Shown here in pieces: positions 26,363 through 40,260 of a stretch of 64,000 bases of DNA. The position numbers and the translations under genes are program-made. Numbering within the stretch: the first letter of the stretch is position 1; each line of letters opens with the position of its first letter. The stretch spans positions 855,173 to 919,172 of the forward strand of contig JAQGDQ010000007.1 of the NCBI GenBank assembly GCA_030141605.1, written 5' to 3'. This DNA is from Tubiluchus corallicola (lineage: Eukaryota > Animalia > Priapulida). The notes below the pieces were generated by a model. It had not been told where the DNA came from and did no database searches. It saw nothing but the letters and a program-made list of their open reading frames with translations.

Positions 26363-28191
26363 ACAATACCTGCAATTTTTATCACTGTTTTCATAGCTTT
26401 TCTGTGTAGTTGATGATCAGCAGCTTGGAAATGTCAAGTTGCAGCGTCCTAAAAGTCAACTTGCCATGCGTACCAGCCTTCAACAAATTGTTGCCTGTAG
26501 CAGGTTTGCCTTCCTTTTTTTGCGGCACACGCAGGAGGCAAATGAGAGACATTGCAGAGCAAATAGAACCATGCGCAGTTGTGGCATAATTCAAGATTGA
26601 AGCTATGATCTCTGATTAATCAAATGAATAACAGTGCTCAGTAAAGTGGAAATGACTCTAATGTTCTACTGGGACTGTGGATATCCGGATTTCAAGAATA
26701 TCGCCCTCTGATATGCACACGTTTGGCATATCGTGTGATACGCAAAGTTGATACGCTAAAGCGTGTTATAAGCAACTTATAATAAAATAAAAAACCCAAG
26801 AATCAGCGAAATCAGTAATTATCGTTCAGTTACGATTCTCCCTATTCGTTTACAATTAAAAAAGTGATTAAAAAATTATGTAAACACAAAATTAACTAAA
26901 TTTTTAAACAAAAGTAAATAAAGTATCTGACAAACACTGCGTAAGTATCAATTTGCAGTTGGCTATAAAAACTTTAGAGACATTGGCTTTATCTTAGGGT
27001 TACGTAAAGTCAATAGTGCTTAAAAAAGAAATGGATGTACACAAACTAAATTTTGAAATATCAAAGCAATCCGAAGCCATAAATCAAACAATTTTATTAG
27101 ACAAAATTAAACATCGTAGCATTAAAAGGATCATGCTTTGATGTTAGTTATACGACTGATAAAAATTCCAACAATTACAGCAATGCAATTTTGATAATAT
27201 AAAACGTAAAGTTTGGGATGTGCGCCAAAGGGCCTGTTTAGATCCACATTTCTTTGTACTGCATGATTGATCTAGCTAATGTTGCAGAAAGCTGTTTTAG
27301 CATTATTTGTTGATGACACACTTGCGTTTCTGTCACCATATAAAAACTCTCTGTGAACGCTAAATAATGGACTAGCTAGAGGTTCAAAACTAACAGATAA
27401 CAATTTTATTATTTTTGTCAGAAAAGCAAAAGAGAAAATTGTCAAAACGACGGTCAATCAGATGTTTTGGGTGCTCATTTGTTTGAAAAATAAGTTTGAA
27501 TAAGTAACCACGTTGCTACTAAAATTCTGTATCGGTTCAAGAAGTTCACGCAATTTAAAACGGCTAAAAAATTAAAAAAATAAAGTGTCAGCGGTCAGAA
27601 TACTATTGAAGTATGCGGTTTATTTTGAACATCGTATTGCCTGCTATATGGGGCACGCAATGACACTCGACATAATTAAACACGCGTAGGTAGGCCAAAA
27701 TGCAAAACCTATGTCATTAACAAGCTAAAATGTGTGCTTCATTCAAAGGTTCTGAAAAAATACCGTTAAATATTTTTAACTTCTTTTATTCGCAGTAGAA
27801 GTAATCACTGAAAAATAAAACAAGACCGAAAACATTTCTAAATGCGAAACTATCAAGTTGATACGATTTATGAGATATGGTGGCACCAATGAATAGAACA
27901 ATATTACTGACGACGTGAAACCCGTCGAAATAGAAAACATTTTAAACTTAAAATAAAAAAGTTTTGGATTAGTATTTACAAACGTGATTTTAGTTTTGTG
28001 TATAAATACGTGTAGGAGGTACTCTGAAATTCGTTTAGTTTTTACTTGTTAACTAACTTAAGAAAGATATTGCTCTGTGTTTGTTAATAATTAAGTAAAT
28101 ATTTTGGCTTCAATGATAGATAAACGATATAATGTAGTAACGAAAATTTAAAGGTATTTTCAGGTCACACAATAGTTATTTATTGTATACC

Positions 28192-28236
<45 letters not shown>

Positions 28237-28344
28237 ACCATAGTACTAAGCCGATGAAACTTAAATTCAAAAGCTATACTAATTATATAGGTTTCGGTAA
28301 TTAAAAATGTAGGATTGAACAACTAATAGATCTTACACACCAGG

Positions 28345-28345
28345 C

Positions 28346-28378
<33 letters not shown>

Positions 28379-28426
28379 CGTGTGTGTGTGTGCGTGCGTG
28401 TGTGCGTGCGTGCGTGTGTGTGTGTG
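28345..28426. repeat. (TA)n/(GT)n/(GTGC)n compound microsatellite
   Basis: Direct inspection. Confidence 0.9.
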
Positions 28427-28629
28427 TTCCTATAGTTTTAGGCAATGGTCTTCATGCTTTTGTATAATAAAGTAAGAAAATACGGCTAAAATTAATAGCG
28501 TTACTATAAATGAATTACAAACAACAGTAAAATTACTTAAAAATCATTTTTGATATGATTTTTATGAGACCACGTACGACCTCGTTTCTTGCCCTAAAAT
28601 GACTTGCCAAAAAGAAGCGAGGTATAAGT

Positions 28630-28850
28630 AAGCTGAGTGAAAACTGCACGTTATTGCTGCGAAGTTAAGCAGTCTTCGGACTTGGTCAGTAAATGAATGG
28701 GTAGACGAGGATAACAGATTCAGGGTGGTTTTGTCAGCTATAGCAGGTTACTGCTCCTGTCTAGGTAGTTTGGGCAAGTTTGGGCAAGCGAGAACGCGTA
28801 CATCTTGTTTCTAGCATCTCAGCTTAGAGTATCCTTGACAGTGAGGCAGA
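28630..28850 (+). mobile_element. 5S rRNA-derived SINE-like remnant (SINE3-type head)
   Basis: GAAGTTAAGCAGTCTTCGGACTTGGTCAGTAAATGAATGGGTAGAC (28661-28706) resembles the 5S internal control region (GAAGTTAAGCA...GGTTAGTACTTGGATGGG.GAC). A TTGGGCAAG motif follows. Not a full 5S gene; boundaries are approximate. Confidence 0.5.
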
Positions 28851-29731
28851 TGAGTGTCATCTCGCGGCTGACACAATGTCAAACTCTATAAAAGTCAGCT
28901 TTAAGAGTCTTAATATTCGGCAGCCTTACTTACAATGCAGTAACTATACTGACGAAAAAAAATGACCACATATTGTTATTAAAATTAATGAAATCTAATC
29001 TTGTATGTTTTTACAAAAACTTTTAGTGGTTTGAAGATTATAAATGATTATAATTGAAGCCAAAAATAAATAATTATAAGCATTTAGTACACCGCGAACT
29101 GTACACACAGCACTTAAGCTAGAGCGTACCGATAAAATTAATATCTCATTAGTAAGGAGAATCTTCTAAGATCAATGATTGAACTGACAATAGTTTTTTA
29201 GACACATTCGGATGCACATACGCCCTTGCACAATGATACATAGCGTCGGCCATAATACTGACAAATAAAACAGTTGGAAATAATTTTCCCCACAGTTTTC
29301 CATCCACATAATAATTGGGCAGAGCATTGCTGAACTGGATCACTCAGTACACGTAGTGATCCATTAACTATTCCCATTCGCCAATGAGCCATTCATGATG
29401 TAATTAGCAATTAGATTCCAATAATTAATCTTTTTAAATTATCAATGTGTCTGAAGAGAAGGTGTACGAGAAACGGTTTGGAATAACAATGTCGGCAACC
29501 TTGTAAGCCCGTGCTTGGTATCCAGACTTGATATTTTACACGTGTCTTTATTCTGGAAAAATGAAAAGAACTTTGTTGAAAACAAAAAAGAAATTTCTGA
29601 TACGTCTATAGTCTTACATGTTAGCGTTAGCATTAGGCCTCACGACATAGCTATTAAAATGAACGTACATCTGCCGAGAATTTTAGTTAATAGAGACAGT
29701 TGTATCATAAATATGGACGACGTAGATGCAT

Positions 29732-29734
<3 letters not shown>

Positions 29735-29819
<85 letters not shown>
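29735..29819. repeat. (GA)n microsatellite
   Basis: Perfect dinucleotide run. Confidence 0.97.
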
Positions 29820-29821
<2 letters not shown>

Positions 29822-29826
29822 CATAC

Positions 29827-32800
29827 GAGATAGGAGAACGACCGGAAGACGGATGTTTTAAATATGAATCTATTGGGGAAGCCGTGTGCCATTTTATTGC
29901 TAACGTGAACTGAAAGTTTTGATTATATGGAGAGAGAGGGGGGGGAGAAAGAAAGAGACAGGGAGAACAACAAAAATGAAAGATAAAACTGACGAGTTAA
30001 GCAAATGATTACCAGGCTGTAATTCTACGCTGTCTAACTTGGAAGTTGATTGTTTGTTGATAACCGACGGTCCGATTTGATCATGAATCTTGTTCTTTAA
30101 TTTAAGCAACTGCATAAAACATTAAACACGTTGTTTTAATGATTTGCAAGTATAAGTTAATCTGCTATTTTTTTCATTATTTCTCATTATTAAAGTGCAG
30201 AAAGTTATTGCATTACAGTTCAATGAAATATGTACTATTACTTCATCAAAAATATCGCCAGTTTTACATTATAATTTGTGCAGTTTTGTCACTTGTGCAC
30301 CACTTCATCACTTGAGTGTTTACATCGGGCTCTCTTCGTATTGTTCATCTTACCACTGTGAACCTCACCACTTGTGCATTCGCCACTTGTGCATCTCGCT
30401 AGCGTCCACTTCACCACTTGTGCATCTCACTAGTGTGCACTTCACCACTTATGCATCACACTTGTGCACACCACTTCACTATTATTTCTGATTATTAAAG
30501 AGCAGAAAGTTATTGAATTACAGTTCAATGAAATATGTACTATGACTTCGTCAAAAATATCTCTAGTTTTACATTATACTTTGTTCAGTTTTGTCGCTTG
30601 TGCGCCACTTCATCACTTGAGTGTTTACATCGTGCTCTCTTCGTATTGTTCATCTTACCAGTGTGAACCTCAACCACTTGTGCATTCACCACTGTGCACT
30701 CCGCAGCGCGGCTTGTGCATCGCACCAGCGTGCACTTCACCACTTGTGCATCTCACCTGTGTGCACCCACTTGTGCATCTTACCTGTGTGCACTTCACCA
30801 CTTGTGCATCTCACCAGCATGCACTTCACCACTTCACTATTATTTCTCATTATTAAAGAGCAGAAAGTTATTAAATTACAGTTCAATGAAATATGTACTA
30901 TTACTTCGTCAAAAATATCGCCAGTTTTACATTATAATAGTTTGTGCAGTTTTGTCACTTGTGCACCACTTCATCACTTGCGCGTTTACCTAGTGTTCTC
31001 TTCGTATTGTTCATCTCAGCAGTGTGCACTTCATTTCATATTTCGTATTTCATACATCATCATTTCATATTTTTCATTTTATCTTAAAGCTTCCTTGTTG
31101 CATACACTATTTAGTTATTTTACTTTCAAGTTTAATTTCTTCACCTATAAATTTATGTTAACAGTTGATTTTCTTAACCTATTTCATAATTATATTACAA
31201 AGTTTAATTAGCAGCGCTTTGAAATTTTTTACAATTTACAGAGATGGGTAGCTGACTTGATGCCCAATTGGTCTTTCGCTACCCTTTCTCCTGCAACCCC
31301 TAACTCTTTCCTTTATGCATAACGTATCCTCTTTAATTAATAACTATAGCAATAATAGTCTGTTTGTATTCCCGTGTAAATGAGGAGATAAAGAAGATGT
31401 CTATGTCTAAGATTAAAATGATGCAACCCTTTGATGACCTAGTGCTAAGTTCCTCACCTTTGGTACAAAAACAAGTATCACTGTCCCAGTGGTGACGAAA
31501 ATTATAAAAAGTGCAACAATCGCAAAGTTGAAATTTTTCTGATGCTGTACAAGCATAATTGTAGGTAATCCAATGACACATAAAATAAACACATTATAGA
31601 TGGATATCCCTATCATCCGACTGTCGTTCAACTCCTCCATTGTAACACGTCTGAAATAGTAATATTAAAGCGTGGTTTTAAATTGTTAAAAAGAAAAACT
31701 TAATTTTTGTCTTTCTTAACATCGTAATTTCTTACTTATTTGTTTCGACCTCATTTTGTTACTAGAAATATACTGGATAACTCAAAATGTTGCAATGAGT
31801 TTATAAATGTCTTGCCTTTTGTTCTGACTTTTTGTGTAATTATAATGAAGTTACAATTTTATAAAATAATCCTTTTCTTGGTTTCTCATGTCAGGCATGC
31901 GCCATACTAAAAATGTGTTTTTTAAGCTGTGTTTAGACCATTACAAAGTGAAATTTTGCCAACATTAACTCTACAATTTGTTATTTATTGTGGTTTTGTG
32001 GAAAAAAGTTCTTTGTATCTACTCTTAATGAAATTGAAGTCGCATATAAGAAATTGTTTTCTCTTCCTTATCATTGCTGTGCAAGGGAAATGACAGTGTT
32101 TATTTTGATGTGTTGCTCATTTGAAAATGTTCATTTTCCTCAAAATCGCGCATTGAATTGTGCGATAATACCTCTCTGAGATGCTTCAGGCTATCTGATG
32201 TGCCACGTACCTCTAAACTTCACTGCAGATGAAGGGGCATATTGTACATATAATTCTTGTATTTCACAACTCTCTCAGAAATATTTAAAATGTGTGTGTG
32301 TGGTGTAATACTTCATCTATGCACATATTTTCTTCAATTTACTTACTAGTTTATCTACTAACTGTGATTTATCAGTTACTGTATGCAACTAGCTTTATAG
32401 ACGCTTTTTATATCTGGAACGAAATTGAGATTGAAAACTGACCGAGTATCTTCAGCCAAAATCTACAGGATAACTTTACCTTACAGTGAGCTAATAGATA
32501 ATAATAATCTTCATCTAGAATCGATTTACAGATAAACAATTAACAAAACCTCAAAGAGCTTTTTGTCGACTGTAAATAACAGTACTACAACTATACATAG
32601 CAGAGACTATTAGTATTTTTTCGAATTAATTAATGTCTTGTACACAAACTCACAAACCTGGCCTATTATTTTATAGTTAGATGCCCTAGAAATATATAAT
32701 TTTTTCTTCGTTTTGTGTTGTTAAGCTGGTTATCAATGAAATTATAATTTTCTAAAATAACATTCCTACCTGGTTTCCCATGCCAGGAATGCGCCATACA

Positions 32801-35800
32801 GTAGTATAGAACCTTTGTAAGTCAGCATCACTCCCAAGAATACCTTCTCATATTGACTATGGCATTGGTCAGTAATTGTGTACAAAATGATATCAGCGTC
32901 TTCCAACACCTAATATTCAATTGACCAAGTAGAACTAATGGTATCAATTTATATAGAGATACAAAAACATTTATTTTTTTTAAAAAAGTAAGGAAGGAGT
33001 TTACAATTCCCACACAATTTAAATACCATAACCCTAACCAGAACCCAACCCTATCCCTAACTCCAACCATAGTTAGCTTCACGAACTAATTTCTTGTGTG
33101 GGAATTGTAAACTTCAACCAAAAGTAAAAATATCTATAAATAAGTCTATGCTATTTACATTTAGGTTTTTTACCCTATTTACTACGTCTAAGTTTTTACA
33201 TTTAGACATTAATTTATTTTGAATTAGTTAGAATAAACAATAATTAGAATAGCCTTTTTACAGCTATTACTAAATTTAGGACAGGTATCTCATCAACAAA
33301 TTTGAAGTAATATACATGCAACGAATAAGTAGTGTAGAATTTGTTTATTACAAACCACAAAAAATAAAAACATAAAAATTGATTTACTTTTGGTGCAAGG
33401 TGTAGCTGTTTACCCTCAAACGGTGACACTAGTTGCCATGTGACCAGGAATGCTGTATCTACCAATAACAGAACACCAATGATTCCAAAAAGAGTACCAT
33501 CTTTTATTTCCTATAAGTCATATAGCAAAGGAAACTAAATAGTCTCGATCCTTATGATTTCTACAAGCCAAATGCCAGAAGATTGTTTAAAAGTGATGAA
33601 CACAAAAACCAACTAGGCGCATTCTAAATTTTCAAAAAAAATTGGATTCTATGAGTACTGTAAACGCGTTATGTGTAATCTGTTAACACATATATTATTT
33701 GCATCATTTTAGAAGCAATAAGCAAAGACCATGTTGAACATTATTTCAGAATCAATACCACCATCATTTCAGGAGGAAAAAGTAAACATTACGTAGCATG
33801 TTCGCGCATTACTGATTCTCAGTGAACGCATTTGGTGTTAAATTTTCATGGAATTTCAACATTGTGCAAAATGTTTAAATTTTTGGTTGTTGTTTTTTTT
33901 GGCACGGTGTGGGTGGTGTCGCCTGTCGTCGCGTGGCGTGGTGGTATTGTGTGGTTAGTGTGAAGTGTTTTTTAATATTGTGATGTCACAAATAGAGCGC
34001 TATCGTAGAACACAGACGCAGACAAAGACAACAGATATTTACCGTCGCTTAAAGACAACATTAGCAAACGCACTAATGGTTGTTTGCGACTCCCACTTAC
34101 AACAATACAGTTAAGGATGCAGCACACAAACAACGAATTACATGTAGGGTATGTGTCCTAGCTGACGTTGGCAGTTTGCTAGACTCGAACTGAGGACTAC
34201 GTGGCTGCAGTACGAAATTTAGACCACTCGGCCACCCTACAGGAACCGTTAGAAGGGCGTCATCTTCAACACAGCATGTTACTAAAGACTTGTGCATTTT
34301 ACAAACACATTCAAGTAAAACATACATTAGTGCGTGAGTAACTCGGTTTTTAGAACAGTTAGTTTTGAAAAGGCGTTCTACCTCGGCTTGTAGAACAGTT
34401 AGGAAGCTGAAATTTCTCACAAAAATGGTTTATCATGGTTAGTACTTCCTATCTCGAAGCCGATGCGAATCGAGACCAAAAACCTTGGTAAGTCGGTAAC
34501 TTAATTAGACTAGTTTTTTCTCCAAATACTTCAAACCAGAATGTAGATGCTGGCTTGCAGTGTGCGAAAAAATAACAATGAAACCATGGTATTTTTTCTG
34601 CGGTTTAGTAAAAATGCCTTTCACAGTCTCCTAGCGTCCTTAAACGATCCTTAAATGAACCATTTGGTTTATCAATTTTATTTTTAAAGTTCGAATTCCA
34701 ACCTCTTAAACTTACAATTTTTTTATTATAGCCTTTTCTTACAGAATTGAAAATTGATGCAATACGCCATGTTTTCAAGAATAGTCCGCCATATTGCAGA
34801 GTATAACCATAGCATAAAAGTATCAGTCGTGCCTGAAATAAGAAAAAAATAAATCTAATATAATGCAAAAAGATTGGTGGTGGATCATGGAACCCAAAAA
34901 GCTTTTAACTATGTAAGCCTTTAACTAAGTAAATTTCCATTTTTGTGATTTAGTCAGTGATTTTTGCTGTTTATGAGATAACATGACTTTTAAGAGTATT
35001 GTTGGGAAACGCCTAGTAGAACGGGTTATTGAATTTGAAGTTCACCCCGTATAAATTATAAATTATTCCTTAAACATTCTGCTGACGACTTTATATAATA
35101 TAGGGTCAGGCAATTCAATGACTTGCCTTCATCCAAGAATTTAGTTACTGACAGACAAGCAACATAACTTTACAACAGGTCTAGCAGATATAGTACCCAC
35201 TTTCGTTCAGCTTTTTCTGTGCAGTTATAATCGGTGGGTGTCACTTCGGTATCAAGGGCACAGGTTGCAAGTATCTCTTTACTGTAAAATTAAGCAATTA
35301 CTGTGTTTTTGCTACTGTACTAATGACAAAGAATGAATTTTGTATATCATTTACCTGACATATTCTGGTAAAAGCTGTTAGAGTGGAAACTGTGTTGCCA
35401 TCCATCCCCAAAACATACACAGTTGAATAACAAAAAATACACCCAAGAGCAATAACATTGTTCATCCTGGGACTAGACAGGCGTATTATCCTTTTGAACG
35501 AAAAAAAATAACATGTATTCAATAACTAGGCTTTACATCAGTATAGAAGTGGAACAAGTTTTCTATTTCATATTTCGTTACATTTGTTCACCTCCTTTTA
35601 ATTATAATTATTTTTATTTTTATTCACCTAACTTCATCATAATTTTTTTCTCCTTATACCAACTACATTTGCTAGTCAACCAGAGGCACCAAAATGACAT
35701 TTAACTCTTTTCTTGTACCTTTGTGCATTACCCTCTTTAATCCTCTAACAAATCAGTCGCTATTTGGAAAGTGACAGAGTGTCATAATTGTGAACGTGTG

Positions 35801-38800
35801 ATTGGTTAGCTTATCATAATTAATAGTTATCAAAAGTTACAAAAATATAGTTTAGTCTCATGTAGTGCTACCGCGTAGCACTGTAATAGACTATATATTA
35901 GCAGTAATACCAGGGCTCTAGGTAACCAAACTTTCGTAAGCAATTAAAAAGTTTTTGCGTTTCTGTATGGCTTGTATAAAAAAGTTTGTCTAGAATGCTA
36001 TGGCTCAATGGCTCTATGGCTAGGAAATAAAGAAGTTTTTACGTACTTTCTGTCACGAAAAAGATGATTACAGATTATACAAAACGCGCCAAAGATGATT
36101 CCTATTGAAGCAATGCAACTCATAGACACAAACAAGTTATGCGAGATCGTCTCTTTTACTTGTATTTCTTGGTAGAAATCTCTTGGTGCTAAATTTGGAT
36201 CTGAACCTGCGGAAATATTACAAATGGAGTAGTTTAAGCCTCCTTCTAATATTCTGAAAAATGAGTGCATTTTCAATAATCATTAATTTTCTATCGTAAC
36301 ATTAGAGCTTAGGCTTTTGTTTATTGTTTAGCAGGGTAATATTTATACAAGGTAATACTGGCGGCTAACAAAACACAGAATAATTATATTTTACACTCTT
36401 GAGGGTAGTAGAGCTCAAATAACCTATTTAACGCTTAATAATTCAGTGTGGGCAATAACAAGTCTTCTAGTAGACCCTCTTAAAATCTACAGTTAGTGAA
36501 AATTCATGCAAAATACAAAAAATATAAAATAGCACGATCGACCTTTAAGAATGAAGTTTTAAATTATATACTGATTAGTTTACCTGAAAAAATGATGCCC
36601 GTTTTACCTTCTGCCCAGGTGATTTTATTTACAATGTGGTTGTAATATGCCATTGTTTCCATTTTCTTACCATCTTCAGACAAAATATAAAATACGCCAA
36701 AATTGATTTCGTGCTATTTAAAAGCAATAGATTCACTATTATTATTACTACGTTTTGCAAAACGTTTTTACCAAACATTTTACGAAACATTTTTTCAGTA
36801 TTGCTGTAATGCTTAAAGGTAGCGTTGAAATCACGACTAAGAGAAAGTTGTAATAAAAAGCAAGAGTCAAAATATGTTAACTACATATATTGGCCCCAAG
36901 GTGAGGTAAGGTAAAGAAAAGTAAAGCAAGATTAGGTAATGTAAGACCTGAGGTAAGGTAGAGTAAAGTAAGGGAAAGTAAGGTAAGGCAAAGTAAGGTA
37001 AAGTAAGATAAGGCCGTATAAGGTAAGCTGAGGTGAGACGAGAATATTGTAGAAGGTGGTAGGGTAAGAGAGCAGTAGAGAAAATACGTTGCAGTTGGGA
37101 TGTAGACCTGGTAAAACCTTTGAAAGGCAAAACGAAAGTGCAAAAATTATGTTGTTGTCGCAACAAAGTAAGAAATGTAGTGTGTGGTAACACTACTAGG
37201 ACAAATTAGAGCTTACAAACATAGCATACAGGCCAACACCTTTCTGTTAATTAAAAGACTAAGCACACCCATAGAAACGGAATCTAACATTACATTTTCT
37301 TATAAATGTCGTAAAAATTATCTGAAAGAGTAGAGAAGAAACTGGGTAGCGAATTAATGTGGAAATGGAAATTATTGTATTAAATCAACGCTAATGAATT
37401 TCAGAACAAAACAAACGAAAGTGAAGCTTTTACTGTCGTCGGCTTAAGCAAAAATGTCGGTATACATAATATGTATTTCTGTTTCGTTATGTGTTTTTTC
37501 TATAGTGTGTTTCTTTAAAGCGCTCAAAAACAGTCACTAGTTTTATTAATTAAGGATATGCTAATTGCTAAAAAGTTGTTAAATAGCAACTGTTATATAT
37601 TATTCCATATTGTGTACACATTCTTAACTGCAAGTGACCGTCGTGAAAACAAATAATCTAGTGGTGTGGCCCACTCTTTTTCTCAATAAGGCAATTAGAA
37701 TACTTTATATCATCACACCCAACACTTGTGCAACCAAACATAAACCTTTACGGTCTCCATCTTTGCTGAACATAACTGGACCCTGAAATAAAAAACAACA
37801 ATGTAAGGTTTGGGCAACAATTGATCAGTTACAATATAAAAGTAACACTGGAACAACTTTTTAGAATGGCTGCTATATTTCTGTGTATTGCACTGATCTA
37901 CTACTGCGATATTTGCAGACACCCGCAAAACCTTCTGCAGTTCGAGTTGATTAGTTCAATCTGGAAACTACCGCTTGCCTGGATCAATTTCATTAACTAC
38001 TCATCAGAAATTTAAAGCGATTTAGTGACTAGACTTAAAATCTTGTGTACGATTGAGTTAATTGGTTTCATTTATCTGAGTTTACGAAGCCACGAAGATC
38101 TGTATAAGTTCCACAAAAGAAAATATGAAAATGACACAAACCACACAGACGGTGAATAAAATAAACGTAAAAGAAATGAAGAGAAACATCGCCCACCGAC
38201 AATCCATTGAATTCAATATCGTCCATTGCCTTGAGAAAAAGTTTGGTCAAGTTAGAAGCGTTATAAGAAAAGTCTTCAAGGTGTACATTGAAATTGTCTT
38301 CAGATAACAGCGCATTCGTCTGATTAAGTGCCAAAGCTACAGCGTACATTGCGTCATACGCATAAGGTGCCCACACTTCAAGAGCTGTAAAGTTTCTACC
38401 TTTTGCCTTGGAAAGAATGTCTTCCATTACTGTGGCAGGAGACTATATAATAAGAAAAAATGAGATAAAGTTTATGTTAAATGTTTATGGTTTTCTTATC
38501 TTTTACTGATAATTAAGAAAAAATAACTTAAAAATCATTTGTATGTTAAACTGTATTGAACGATGAAACCTTTTGTAGAGAGGCTTTATAGTATAGGTTC
38601 TCCTGTCCGGTTAACATTCTATTGTGTCTTCTCTTCAAATGTACGTATGTTGTATATTGATTTGTTTGTTAAAAATGCTGTTTATACCAATAAAGTGCGT
38701 GTCATCAGCTAGCACAGTGGAATTTGTTGAAAAATACTGCTTTATTAAACACTATGTTTGGACAAAAACTGGTTTCGTCATGGTAAAATAAAACAAAAAT

Positions 38801-40199
38801 CAAATTTACAAATAGACTGCAAGACATAAGATAGAAAACTGGTAAATTTTGAGCAAATATACAGCTGCAAGTTTAGAAATTAAGCTAAATCATATAACGA
38901 GAAAATAACTAACAGAAAGTGAAGAAAACAAGCAAAAACACCAAACAATCCAAAGGTGGCCTTCATTAAGTCTGGATGCAAATAACACATCACAACAACT
39001 TTTCAATAAAATCAATTTAAATTCAATGTTTACCGGAGTTTTAAATTTTGCTTCTTATGAAAACAGAGATCTGTTTGTTCATTTAATTTAATTTAATTTT
39101 AGTTTACATCTGCTGAAAACAGTTTTTGCTAAAAAAACGCAGATGTTTTAATCAAGCAGTATTTTCCATTAAACAGTACTATTCCAGAAGTCACAGCCAT
39201 GTAGCCCTACTTCATTTCAACTTTGTCATTATATTATGCACATAATGCAAATAATTATGTACCACCCTTACCTTGCCAGAAACTGTGGGTCCTGGATCTG
39301 TTGTAAACATAACTGCATCTATAAACAGTACATTTTTGATGACCAACTCCATTTCTGCTTTCGTGCACTGAAGAGGCGGATCTAGAGGCAAGTGCCACTC
39401 TGGATACCACCATCGGTGTCCAAGCCAAACGTACTTTCCTCCATACATTCCAATCTTGTACGACTAGCATAAAAAGACGCACACTCCAGAATATTTAACA
39501 AGTTAAATAATTATCGATATACGGAATATGATTCTTCAAAAAATGATAACAAATAGAGAAGTCATGGTAATAATCTTTCTCAGCTGATATTTCTACACCA
39601 AGCAAAAAATGCAAATAGTCTAAAACCGAGACAAAATTATGCAGTACACTAAGGAAAGAAAGGGAAATGAAGAAAGAAAAAGAGAAAATCAAAACAGAGA
39701 AGGAAAGGCAAGAATAAATAAAAAAATTTGGACAGAGAAAGAGAAAGAGAGAGACATTTTGAACATAATTTTACTGAGCAAGTTTTAATTTCTTACATAC
39801 CCACCATGTGGATCCATTGTTAAAATAATGACAAAAATTACAGGTACATAATATATAATTATCTTTCTTACCTCACAGAGTGCTCTTTTTGCTGGACCAA
39901 CGTAGTGATGCAGGAAAATGATACGTGCGTTTTTTGCCTGCAATATTAATACTTGTAAATACTGAATGCATGTCTGAGTGAAAACAACGTTTTGTTTGTA
40001 TCTCTCACATGATTAAATGCCTAAACACAAGATCATGCGTCTACAGCAAACCGTGCATGGAATATTGAATAGAGAAGTGTTATGTGCTAGGCACATCGAC
40101 AAAATAAAGGAGAGCCCTTTTGGTGAATGAAACCAACAAAGAAGAGATTTTAATTAACTACTAACAAAAGAATCATTATTGGAATGATTATATACATAG

Positions 40200-40260
<61 letters not shown>

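Noticed and set aside
27907-27935. CTGACGAC...GTCGAAA hammerhead-like string (also a weak one on the minus strand near 37985-38007)
   Set aside because: Core and stem II overlap or are too short, with no stem I or valid cleavage triplet.
30195-31211. His/Cys-rich ORFs up to 196 aa
   Set aside because: Products of the intronic tandem repeat.
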